DNA of 64,000 nucleotides from a virus. The notes below the pieces were generated by a model. That model did not search any database and had not been told where the DNA came from. It was given only the letters and a program-made list of their open reading frames with translations. The stretch is taken from positions 66,044-130,043 of the IMG/VR virus record IMGVR_UViG_3300044705_000115, one strand, 5' to 3'. Positions 55,145 to 63,648 of the stretch are shown piece after piece (position 1 is the stretch's first letter; each line of letters opens with the position of its first letter). The position numbers and the translations under genes are program-made.

Positions 55145-58100
55145 CTAGACCGTTCCAGCCGTCTTCAGTTCAGACGGGCTGAGGTTTGCGGCCTTGATGA
55201 CAGCAGCGATGACGGACGGCTTCTCGTTCTCGCGGTCGAAGACGATGCCCTGGGTCTCAAGCTTGTCGAGGGCGGCGCCGATAGAGGTCGCAGTCCAGGG
55301 ATCGCCGAGCTGGTCGGCGGCGTCCAGAAGGTTGACCTTCTCCTTCGTGTTCTCGGCAGGACTCGGCGTATCGCTCGATGTAGGAGACACATCTTCGGCC
55401 TGCAGCGCCTTGACTTTGCCAGCAGCCTCGTCCGGCTCCCAGAACTCACCAACCGTCTGCCCGTTCTGGGAGACAACGTAGCTTGAGCCGATGCCGTTCT
55501 TCTTCTCCGAGCCGTAGCCCGTATGCGGTTCCTTCTTGACCGTCACGTAGTTGGGGAAGTTGGCGGCATCGCCGTTCTTCATGCCCTTCAGGTGCGTCGT
55601 TGCGGGGTCGAGTTCGGAGGCAATGTCCTCGGGCGGCGGCGGGATCGGCGTCCCTTTCGGTTCAGGCTTTCCCTGCTTCACGACCACCGGGCCTTTGTCG
55701 GCTGGCTCGGGCTTCTTGTTCGGGTCGCCACCGACCCGTTTGATGCGGAATTTCGCCGCCCGCACCTGGGCGGCAGCCTTGGCCTTCGTCTGCTTGTCGG
55801 CATCGGCCGGGAGGTTGTCGAAGTCGGCTTTCTTCTTCTCGTAGGCGGCCCAGGCGGAGGCGATCTTCTCCTCCTTCGACTTGCCGCTGACAGCCTTTTT
55901 CGGCGCTTTCAGCTCAGCCGTTTTCTTCGCCTGCGAATCGCTGCGGCTGGACAGCTCGGCGGTGATGGCCTTGATCGCCTCCGTGTCATCGGGGTGCGAC
56001 TTCATTTCCACCGCGAGTTTCAGCAGCTTCTCGTCGGACATCGCCTTGAAGTTGCGGAGGTTCCCGGCCTTGGAGCGGGCGGGTGAGCTGGGCGCCATGC
56101 CAGCGTTCTCCAGCGAGCCTTTCAGCGCCGAGTAGAGGGCGTCATCGTTGGTGGCGGCGGGAGCTGGCGTCGGTGCCGAAGAGGATGGAGAGCCGTTGGG
56201 GTTGCTCGGACCGATGAACGGCGGTGCGAACTCCCTGTGGAAGACCTTCGCTTTGCCGCCATCGACGGGCTTGGCGACGATGAAGTCGCCGCTGGTCGGC
56301 TTGTGCCATACGTATGCCTGGTCGTGCTTGCCGACGTAGAAGGTGTCGCCGGCCGACATCTCTTTGAGCGACTTTTCCCCTGCGTTCGGCGCGTAGCCCT
56401 CGGGCGGCGCGTACTGGACGGCGGGCTGCGGCATCAGCCGCTCGCCCGTGACCTGTGCGTAGTCGTTGGAGGCCGCTTCCTTGGCAGCGCTCGAGCGGGA
56501 GTTGTCGAAGGCCAGTTTCGCCCGCCGCTTCTTCTCGGCGATGGCAGTCAGGAAGACCGAGCGGTCACGGCCCGACTTCGGCAGACCGTTCGCATCAACG
56601 GAGTCGGAGATGAGGCTGTCGAGCTCAGCATTGCTCGCGCCGTGGAAGTCGATCAGTGCCCGCTGCGGAGATTCATCAGCGGCGCCCGCATCGCCCGTGC
56701 GAAGGAAGCGCTCGCCGCGTTCGGTGGCGAGGTCGTAGTTGCGGTTCGCGGCGCCGTAGCCGCTCTTGTCGGCCCAGGCGCGATCCCCGCTCATGTCATC
56801 GAGGTGATCCTGAACGGCACCGTCATCGCCGCGGGCGATCGCGTCGTTGATGTGGTCGAGGTGGTTCTGAGAGACGACCTCTGCGGTCATCGCGGCCTTG
56901 TTCGGGTCGCCAGGCGGGAGCGGCGAGCGGCGGGCGGGCGGCTCCGGGAAATGCCGCGCCTTGGAGCCAGCCGGAGCGGCGGTGCGCACGGACGCGAGTG
57001 CGCCCTTCTCGGGGCCGTCGTTGATGCGGGCGATGCCCCGACCCCCGACGCTGTGCTCGACCGTCGCGGAAACTTTGCCGCTGCCGCTGCGGTGGGGCAG
57101 GTTGATCTTCTCGCCGGGCTTGAGAATCTGGCCCCGCCCTTTCGGTGCGAAGGTGCCATCGGCCAGCCGGTAGAAGTCGCGGACTCCGCCGAAGAGACCC
57201 CGCAGAGATGCCTCCACGAGGGCGGCCTGCCGCAGCGACCGCTCGGCCGCGAGGGCGACCACGTAGGCGCCAGTGTCGCCCGCGCCTTTCGCCGCCATGC
57301 GCCGCAGAACCGCCTCGTTCAGTTCGCGCTCCGCCTTGGTGCTGTCCTTCTTCGGCTTCTCCTTCGCCGACATCCGGTCGAGCAGACGCCCGGTCTTGGG
57401 CCCGACGACGCCATCGGCCTTCAGGCCGTAGCGCCGCTGCACCGCCTTGACCTTGCGCTCGGTTTCCGGTCCGAAGCGGCCATCGACCTCGGCGCCGATG
57501 GTCTTCTGCAGGTGCTTGACGCTCGCGTCCGGCTCCTCGTCGGCGACGCCGGTTCCCTTCGTCAGCACGCCGCTGGCGAGGCTCGGGGTGTCTTCGTCCT
57601 CCTCCCCCTCGGCATCCCCTAGTTCCTCGTTGGCGCCCTCGTCCTCTTTCGGCGGGGCTTCGCCGTCCTCGGTCTTCCCCTTCGACTTCGCCTCCGGCTT
57701 TGCCTTGGCTGGCGCCGCAGCTTTCCTGTTCTCGCCCTCGTCGCCCTCCGGCGCCGGCGGCGCCCCTGCCTCCTCAGCGTCTTCTTCATCGACCCCGCTG
57801 GCCTTCTGACGCGCTTTCGAGACCTCTTCGGGATCGGTGCCGCGCAGGGCAACCTTCGTGGCGCTGCCGACCTCGCCGTCGTCTTTCAGCCCGTGGTCGC
57901 GCTGGAACTCCGCGACGGCGCTCTGGGTCTTCTCTCCGTAGCGCCCGTCGTTGGCGCCCGCGTCGTAGCCAAGCTCGGCGAGACGGTTCTGCAGGAAGCC
58001 AGTCGCCTCGTCGGGCTGACCGTTCATCCCAGCCCCGTACTTGCGGTGGAAGTCGTCCTGAGCGACCGCCTCAAGGATGGACTCGCGCATCTTTTCTTCG

Positions 58101-59647
58101 CGCTTGCGTTCGCGCTCGATCCGCGCCCGTTCTTCTTCGCGCTGCTTTTCGGTGCGCTTCGACGCCTGGCGCTGTTCGCGCACTTCCTGATGCTGAGCCT
58201 GGCGCTGGTGGCGCTTCTTCTGCTGCCCGCCTGCCTGGTGCTGGGTGAGCCAGTCCCAGTCGGACTGCGTGAAGGCGCCGGGCGCCGGCGGCGTCTTGTC
58301 GCCGCGCAGGGCAGCGAGCGTCTGCGTGCCGACGATCCCGTCCACCTCAAGGCCGTGGTTGCGCTGGAATTCTTCGACCCGCGCTTTGGTCTTTTCGTCG
58401 TAGCTGCCACTGGTGGCGATACCGAGTTTGCGCTGGATCAGGTCGGCGACTTTCGTCGGCAGCGAGGAGCTTTCGCCGAAGACCGAGCCAGCGCCACCGT
58501 TCGCCGAACCGCTCGTGGAGGAGCTGGCGGAGTTCGATGACTTCGAGGAGGAGGAGGAGGAGGAGGAGGCTTTCTTCGCTTCTTTCCGGGCTTTGTTGGC
58601 CTTGTTCCGGGCCTTTTCGGCGGCGTCTTCGGCGGCCATGTGGCCAGCGGTGAACCGTGCCCGCGTCTTGCGGAGGGCCGAGCGCTGGTGCGCCAGCAGC
58701 GGCCCGCCGACAGCGGAGGTGCCGTTGATGGCGCCAGCGGTCTGAGAGCCGACTACCCCATCGACACTCAGGCCCTTCTGCTTCTGGAAGGCTTCGACCT
58801 TCTTCTTCGTTTCCAGCCCGAAGCGGCCATCGGGTTTGGCTCCGACCGCACGCTGCACGCCCTTGACCTCCGGCCCGGAGGATCCCGAGCGGATGAACTG
58901 GCCACCGGTCGGCTGGCCCCGCCCGGCTCGAGGATGTTTGCCCTCGTCAAACGGAAGTGGTGCCCCGCTGCGCCCCTTCGCCTGCGGGCCGCGCCGGCCC
59001 GGCGCTGGCGGCCCGGCCTTTTCCGGGCGAACCAGCGGCGGCACGCCCAGCGCCTCGAGGACAACTCGGAGGTCGGCGATCTCCTGGCCGAGCATCGACT
59101 GCGCCCGCGCCAGCTCGCGCGAGTCGGCGTTGCCGCGGCCAAGCTGCATCCGTGCGCCACCCTCGACCAGCGCCAGCGCGGAGGCGACGCGGGCGGCGCG
59201 GTTCTTGGTGCCACGACCCTTGAGGCCCATCGCCATGCCCTCGGCGAGGCTCAGGCGATGGCGGAAGTCACCGACCAGCGACGCGACCTCATCGGCACCG
59301 AGAACCAGGCTGTCGTCTTCGCTGGTGGCCTCGCTGAGTTTCGACTTGCCCCGTTTCGCCATCCATTCGGCGACAGCCTTCTGCGCCTTGGCGACGGTGT
59401 CCGGCTTCAGTTTCGAGCCGTTGTGGTTGACACCGGTTGACCACTTCTTGACGGTGTTGACGGCAATGGCGATCGCCGTCCCGATGTCTTTGCCTTTCTC
59501 GTAGTGGAGATGTTTGGCGATCCGTTCGATGTAGTTCGGCAGGCCGCCAGCCCGATCCACCCAGTTCTGCTTGCCCGGCACCCTCTCCAGCTTCGGGTAG
59601 ACGGTGGAGCTGACCTCCTGCAGCGAGTTCTGCTCCGCAGCGGGCAT
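55145..59647 (-). CDS. 1500-aa multidomain protein with four PG_binding_1 domains
   Basis: Four DG.(F/Y)G..T..V..(F/V)Q..GL..DG.VG..T units; FDEGKHPR..GGQF motif; long low-complexity linkers. Confidence 0.85.
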   Translation of the reverse strand: MPAAEQNSLQEVSSTVYPKLERVPGKQNWVDRAGGLPNYIERIAKHLHYEKGKDIGTAIAIAVNTVKKWSTGVNHNGSKLKPDTVAKAQKAVAEWMAKRGKSKLSEATSEDDSLVLGADEVASLVGDFRHRLSLAEGMAMGLKGRGTKNRAARVASALALVEGGARMQLGRGNADSRELARAQSMLGQEIADLRVVLEALGVPPLVRPEKAGPPAPGRRGPQAKGRSGAPLPFDEGKHPRAGRGQPTGGQFIRSGSSGPEVKGVQRAVGAKPDGRFGLETKKKVEAFQKQKGLSVDGVVGSQTAGAINGTSAVGGPLLAHQRSALRKTRARFTAGHMAAEDAAEKARNKANKARKEAKKASSSSSSSSKSSNSASSSTSGSANGGAGSVFGESSSLPTKVADLIQRKLGIATSGSYDEKTKARVEEFQRNHGLEVDGIVGTQTLAALRGDKTPPAPGAFTQSDWDWLTQHQAGGQQKKRHQRQAQHQEVREQRQASKRTEKQREEERARIERERKREEKMRESILEAVAQDDFHRKYGAGMNGQPDEATGFLQNRLAELGYDAGANDGRYGEKTQSAVAEFQRDHGLKDDGEVGSATKVALRGTDPEEVSKARQKASGVDEEDAEEAGAPPAPEGDEGENRKAAAPAKAKPEAKSKGKTEDGEAPPKEDEGANEELGDAEGEEDEDTPSLASGVLTKGTGVADEEPDASVKHLQKTIGAEVDGRFGPETERKVKAVQRRYGLKADGVVGPKTGRLLDRMSAKEKPKKDSTKAERELNEAVLRRMAAKGAGDTGAYVVALAAERSLRQAALVEASLRGLFGGVRDFYRLADGTFAPKGRGQILKPGEKINLPHRSGSGKVSATVEHSVGGRGIARINDGPEKGALASVRTAAPAGSKARHFPEPPARRSPLPPGDPNKAAMTAEVVSQNHLDHINDAIARGDDGAVQDHLDDMSGDRAWADKSGYGAANRNYDLATERGERFLRTGDAGAADESPQRALIDFHGASNAELDSLISDSVDANGLPKSGRDRSVFLTAIAEKKRRAKLAFDNSRSSAAKEAASNDYAQVTGERLMPQPAVQYAPPEGYAPNAGEKSLKEMSAGDTFYVGKHDQAYVWHKPTSGDFIVAKPVDGGKAKVFHREFAPPFIGPSNPNGSPSSSAPTPAPAATNDDALYSALKGSLENAGMAPSSPARSKAGNLRNFKAMSDEKLLKLAVEMKSHPDDTEAIKAITAELSSRSDSQAKKTAELKAPKKAVSGKSKEEKIASAWAAYEKKKADFDNLPADADKQTKAKAAAQVRAAKFRIKRVGGDPNKKPEPADKGPVVVKQGKPEPKGTPIPPPPEDIASELDPATTHLKGMKNGDAANFPNYVTVKKEPHTGYGSEKKNGIGSSYVVSQNGQTVGEFWEPDEAAGKVKALQAEDVSPTSSDTPSPAENTKEKVNLLDAADQLGDPWTATSIGAALDKLETQGIVFDRENEKPSVIAAVIKAANLSPSELKTAGTV

Positions 59648-59678
59648 GTGCTGCGAAGCGTAAGCGATCTAGCGGCTG

Positions 59679-59825
59679 CTACCCCTCGTTGGACTTGCCC
59701 TGAATCTGGCCCACGACGAAGCGGACGATCCCGGAGAGGATGACGTAGATCGCGTAGACGACCAGCGCCGCGACCAGCAGGATCGCCGTGAGGAAGGCGT
59801 CTACCGCTCTGGCGAGGAGGTACAT
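59679..59825 (-). CDS. Small membrane protein
   Basis: ATG 59825 after GAGGAG; long hydrophobic stretch. Confidence 0.55.
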   Translation of the reverse strand: MYLLARAVDAFLTAILLVAALVVYAIYVILSGIVRFVVGQIQGKSNEG

Positions 59826-59827
59826 CG

Positions 59828-60316
59828 TCACTCCTCGGACAGGATCGGCTGGATGAAACGCCGGTCGTAGCCATCCTCCCAAGGGAAGACCCCGACCGTG
59901 TCGGGCCAGATGATCTGCAGCGCTGGGAAGTACTCGTAGGCGTTCCAGCGCAGGGCGCCCTTCATCATCGAGTCCCTGTTGGCATCGCTGACCTCGCGCA
60001 AGCAGCCATCGTAGTCACCCTTGACCCCTACGAATAGCTTCTCGTAATGCCGTGCCTCCAGCTTCTCCCCTTTCTCCGGGAACCGCGCGATCAGGTCGGC
60101 GATGACGGCGTGGGAGTTCTCCCCGCTCATGCCGGTGATGATCAGCTCGGGATGATCGAAGGTGCGCCACAGGCCGACCGTGTAGGCGAAGGGATCAACG
60201 GGCTGATTCTCCGTCGGCATCACCGCCAGCACCGTCCAGCCGACCCGGCCGATGTCGCGGGCGATCCTCGCCTGGATCGGGTTGTGCGGTGCTGGCGGTG
60301 GCTTCGACGGAGGCAT
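59828..60316 (-). CDS. DUF4262-like protein
   Basis: FAYTVGLW..HPELIITG..LQIIWPD..G.FPWE. Confidence 0.8.
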   Translation of the reverse strand: MPPSKPPPAPHNPIQARIARDIGRVGWTVLAVMPTENQPVDPFAYTVGLWRTFDHPELIITGMSGENSHAVIADLIARFPEKGEKLEARHYEKLFVGVKGDYDGCLREVSDANRDSMMKGALRWNAYEYFPALQIIWPDTVGVFPWEDGYDRRFIQPILSEE

Positions 60317-60639
60317 CAGGCGGGGATTGCCTCGTAGCGGCGGCCGGTCTTCTTGACCTTGCCTTCCTTGCGCAGGTCGCTGAGGACGCGGTAGAGGTAG
60401 CTCGGTTTCATGCCCTGCTCTTTGGCGAGCTCCATGCCCGTGAGTCCGGGATTCTCCTCGATCACCCTCAGCGTCTTGTCGCTGCGACTGCCGCCTTTGC
60501 GCGGGCGGCGGCCCCGTTGCTTCGGGGCCACGGTTTGCGGGGCCGAAGATGCGACCTCCGCCTTGGCGGTTTCGAGGGCATCTAGGTCTGCTCGCGCCTT
60601 CGAGATCAAGGCGTCGAAACCGTCGATGAGGCTATCCAT
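60316..60639 (-). CDS. Coiled-coil plus winged-HTH DNA-binding protein
   Basis: ATG 60639 after GAAAGGA; IEENPGLTGMELAKEQGMKPSYLYRVL..GKVKK.G. Confidence 0.72.
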   Translation of the reverse strand: MDSLIDGFDALISKARADLDALETAKAEVASSAPQTVAPKQRGRRPRKGGSRSDKTLRVIEENPGLTGMELAKEQGMKPSYLYRVLSDLRKEGKVKKTGRRYEAIPA

Positions 60640-60659
60640 CGTTGTTCCTTTCGTCGTTT

Positions 60660-61583
60660 TCAGACCAGGCATTCGGCCGGGTCTTTGTCGGTACGCCAGC
60701 GCTTCCATTGCGGGTGGCGGTAGCCGTCTTTCATATGCCCCATATGGGCGACCTCGATCACGGTGCCGAGGTACTTGTCGGGGTCTTTGGTGACCTGCAA
60801 GCGGGTCTTCATGTCCATCCCCGAGCAGCGGCCGACCTCAACGATCTTGCCGTCGCGGTAGCCGCCGAAGATGATCGACCCGACCAACCCCTTCCAGCCG
60901 TGGTCGCCGGGTTTGTAGCCGATGACCACGAAGTCTTCGGTTTCCTGCGGCTTCAGCTTGTACTGGCCCGCTCCGCGCCCGCCGCTCTGGTAGCGGCTGC
61001 CCAGCGATTTCACGACGGCGCCCTCGAAGCCCTGCGCGAGCAGTTGGGCCAGCGCCTCGTCTGAGGGCGGCGTCTGCGGGGTGAGGATCACCCTCTCCCA
61101 CTCGCGCAGGGCGAAGATCCCCTCCAGCAACTCACGCCGCTTGCGGAACGGCAGAGAGCGGGCGTCGATGTTGGCGTGAGCGATCAGGTCGAAGGCGACG
61201 AACGTGATCGTTGATTCGAGCAGAACCGCCTTGGTTTGGTTGGCTCCCAAGCAACTCTGCACACTTCCCCAGTCGTGGACGACGAAGTCGCCATCGACGC
61301 TGAAGGCGACCGCCTCGCCGTCGATCCAAGTCCCTGCGGGTAGGCGGGCAAACTCGGCCTCGATCTTCGGCAGTTTGCCGTCGTGGACGGTGCCGGTATG
61401 CGAGAACACATGCACGCCGTCATCGGCCACATGCACAAGGACGCGCTGGCCGTCGTACTTTGGCTCAAGGACGAACTCGGCGGGGTCGAACCCGCTGGCG
61501 CTCAAGCCCTTCTTGGCCTCTGCCTTGTGGACGAGGTTGATCGGTGACGTAGGTGCTGGTGGAAATGCGGTTGCGGTTGCCAC
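60660..61583 (-). CDS. lig: ATP-dependent DNA ligase
   Basis: Motif I EPKYDG, III IDGE, IIIa FVAFDL, IV EGAVVK, V YKLK, OB domain RHP..R.DK. Start reassigned to GTG 61583 after AAGGGAG. Confidence 0.92.
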   Translation of the reverse strand: MATATAFPPAPTSPINLVHKAEAKKGLSASGFDPAEFVLEPKYDGQRVLVHVADDGVHVFSHTGTVHDGKLPKIEAEFARLPAGTWIDGEAVAFSVDGDFVVHDWGSVQSCLGANQTKAVLLESTITFVAFDLIAHANIDARSLPFRKRRELLEGIFALREWERVILTPQTPPSDEALAQLLAQGFEGAVVKSLGSRYQSGGRGAGQYKLKPQETEDFVVIGYKPGDHGWKGLVGSIIFGGYRDGKIVEVGRCSGMDMKTRLQVTKDPDKYLGTVIEVAHMGHMKDGYRHPQWKRWRTDKDPAECLV

Positions 61584-61588
61584 GAACT

Positions 61589-61703
61589 CTCCCTTGGTCG
61601 GTGCCAAGAAAGTTAGCATCTATTCGGCGCCAGCGCTGCGAATGATCCTGCTGCACGGCGCCTCTGGAAGTGCTAACTTTGTTGGCGTAACCGACCAAGG
61701 AGG
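61589..61703. promoter_or_regulatory. Mirrored divergent promoters/RBS for the ligase and Ku
   Basis: TGCTAACTTT(G/C)TTGGC..CCGACCAAGG occurs on + (61671-61700) and on - (61618-61592). Confidence 0.78.
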
Positions 61704-61709
61704 AACCCC

Positions 61710-62540
61710 ATGCGCGGCAACAACAACGACCTCGTCATCACCACCGTGCACGACGAGGCGACCGACACGGACGTCCCGCTCCTGCACTTCCCCGTCCAAA
61801 TCTGCAAAGCGACCGGCTCGGTAGACGCGAAGTACGACCTCGCCGCCCCTTCGGGCGCGGAATACGAGACGAAATACCTCGACCCCGCGACCGGCGAGTT
61901 CTTCGAGTCGGCCGAGCGCAAACACGGCGTTCGCGCGGGCGATGCCTTCAAGGAGATCCCAGCCGATTCAATCAAGGCCATCGACGAGAAGACCAAGCTG
62001 GTTGACATGCGGGTCGAAACCGCGATGCGCTACGAGGACATCGAGTTCGAGCGGGCGACCGGCATGTACTACCTGCAAGTTCCGGCCAAATCGGGGGCGC
62101 ACAAGGTCTACCGGCTGATCTACCTCGCCCTGCTCCCCCAGAAGGGCAAGACGAAGGCGCAGAAACAGCGCCTCGCCCTGCGGGTCAAGTTCACGAGCCG
62201 CAGCCGCCAGAAGGTCGGTGTCGTCTACGCCGACCCGCAGAAGGAATGCCTCGTACTGAACACCCTCGCCTTCGCCGCCGAAGTGCGCCAGCCCGACGAG
62301 GCGGTGCTAGCCCACAAAGCCGCTCAGGTCGAGGAGGCGCAGGTCGGCAAAGCGCGTCAGGTCATCGAGTCGCTGATCGACCTGAACACCGAGGAGCCGG
62401 AAGACGACGCGCTCGCCCTCAAACGCGACCTGATTGAGCAGGCAGCGGCGGGCGAGGCAATCGAGGCGCCGGTCGTGCCGGTCACCGAGACCGTCGAGAC
62501 CGACAACCTCGCGGCAGTGCTGGACGCGAGCCTCGCCTAG
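61710..62540 (+). CDS. ku: Ku protein (prokaryotic NHEJ end-binding protein)
   Basis: PVQICKAT, Y.DP.TG..KHG, YYL.P, YRLIYLAL, KFTSRSRQK, LVLNTLAFAAEVR, NLAAVLDASL. Confidence 0.85.
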   Translation: MRGNNNDLVITTVHDEATDTDVPLLHFPVQICKATGSVDAKYDLAAPSGAEYETKYLDPATGEFFESAERKHGVRAGDAFKEIPADSIKAIDEKTKLVDMRVETAMRYEDIEFERATGMYYLQVPAKSGAHKVYRLIYLALLPQKGKTKAQKQRLALRVKFTSRSRQKVGVVYADPQKECLVLNTLAFAAEVRQPDEAVLAHKAAQVEEAQVGKARQVIESLIDLNTEEPEDDALALKRDLIEQAAAGEAIEAPVVPVTETVETDNLAAVLDASLA

Positions 62541-62839
62541 CGCTTTTTCCGTTTGGATCGCGGCGGCGGCTTGATCGTCGTCGCCGCGATCTCCTTGCCA
62601 TCGAGCATCTTGAAGTTCCGCTCGAGCGATCCCCGGCTCGACTCGATGTTCGGCGCCGCCAGCGCGTGTTTGACCGCCTGCAGCATCCCGGTTATCCGAT
62701 CCTGCATATCGCCCCTGAGCATCGCCCAGAGCCGTTCGGCAATCGCCGCCGCCTCCGTCTCGTCTTCGCAGGCGACGATGCGGCGGACGATCTCCCGCTT
62801 GGACTCGACCGAGAGGCGTGGGCGAGGGAAGGCGCTCAT
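62537..62839 (-). CDS. Hypothetical protein
   Basis: 100 aa helical; ATGA-coupled to the upstream gene. Confidence 0.55.
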   Translation of the reverse strand: MSAFPRPRLSVESKREIVRRIVACEDETEAAAIAERLWAMLRGDMQDRITGMLQAVKHALAAPNIESSRGSLERNFKMLDGKEIAATTIKPPPRSKRKKR

Positions 62840-63648
62840 AGCGGCATCCGCTCGACCGACTCTTCCTCCGAGCCGATCTGCAGCAGTTCATCCATGCGAG
62901 CTTCGGCCGACTGCCGGTCGAGGTCTTCGTGGAGGTACTTCATGGCGTAGAAGGCCGCGACGTAGGGCTTGAACCAGTCCGTGTGCTCCCACGGCCACGG
63001 GCGATCCATCACGACCTTCCCCTGGATAAGCAGATGGCAGCGCTGGCAGAGCGCGACGAGGTTCCACCAGCGCAGGTCCGGCTTCCACTCGTTCAGGTGG
63101 TGGACGGTGAGGATGCGCCAGAGCGCCTGCGTCGGGTTGCCGCAGTTGACGAAGAGCGACGCCGGGGCGCCGCGGGTGTCCTTGATCCGCTCGGCCTCCT
63201 CCCAGCCGTCGCTGTCGAGCGGGTCGAGGACGCGGATCGGGCCGCCGTGGGAGCAGAGGTCGTCGCAGTCCGACCAGTTCTTGCGGGGCGCTGCGTTCAG
63301 CTCGGCGTTGTTCAGCGTCGAGATGCCAGCGCCAACATCCTCAAGGGCGAAGTCAAGCTCCTCCTGGTTGACGCCGAGCTCCGCTGCGAGTCCCTTCTGC
63401 CGCGCTCGAGGCCCATCGAACTCGCCCGAGACGCCGACGATGTAGGGGTGCCGACAGCGGATGCAGCGGTGCCGGGCCTGGGCGCGGACGATGTGCTTGA
63501 TGCCGGGGTTCTCGCGGTGAAGCTCGACGCCTTCGAGTTCGAGCGCCCCGATCAGGTCGTCGAGTTCGCCAGCGATGTTCTTGTGCCAGAGCAGCGGATA
63601 GCCATCCGCTCCGCAGGCCTCCGGCGGGTAGATGCGGAAGGGGTTCAT
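62836..63648 (-). CDS. HNH endonuclease with a long insertion
   Basis: HRCIRC..~115 aa..LTVHHL..NLVALCQRCHL. Confidence 0.75.
   Translation of the reverse strand: MNPFRIYPPEACGADGYPLLWHKNIAGELDDLIGALELEGVELHRENPGIKHIVRAQARHRCIRCRHPYIVGVSGEFDGPRARQKGLAAELGVNQEELDFALEDVGAGISTLNNAELNAAPRKNWSDCDDLCSHGGPIRVLDPLDSDGWEEAERIKDTRGAPASLFVNCGNPTQALWRILTVHHLNEWKPDLRWWNLVALCQRCHLLIQGKVVMDRPWPWEHTDWFKPYVAAFYAMKYLHEDLDRQSAEARMDELLQIGSEEESVERMPL

Noticed and set aside
58545-58569. (GAG)8 microsatellite as a phase-variation switch
   Set aside because: Trinucleotide unit encoding a poly-Ser linker; slippage would not shift the frame.
61584-61619. Ligase start at ATG 61619 as given in the ORF track
   Set aside because: That ATG lies inside the mirrored promoter motif; GTG 61583 has a properly spaced AAGGGAG.
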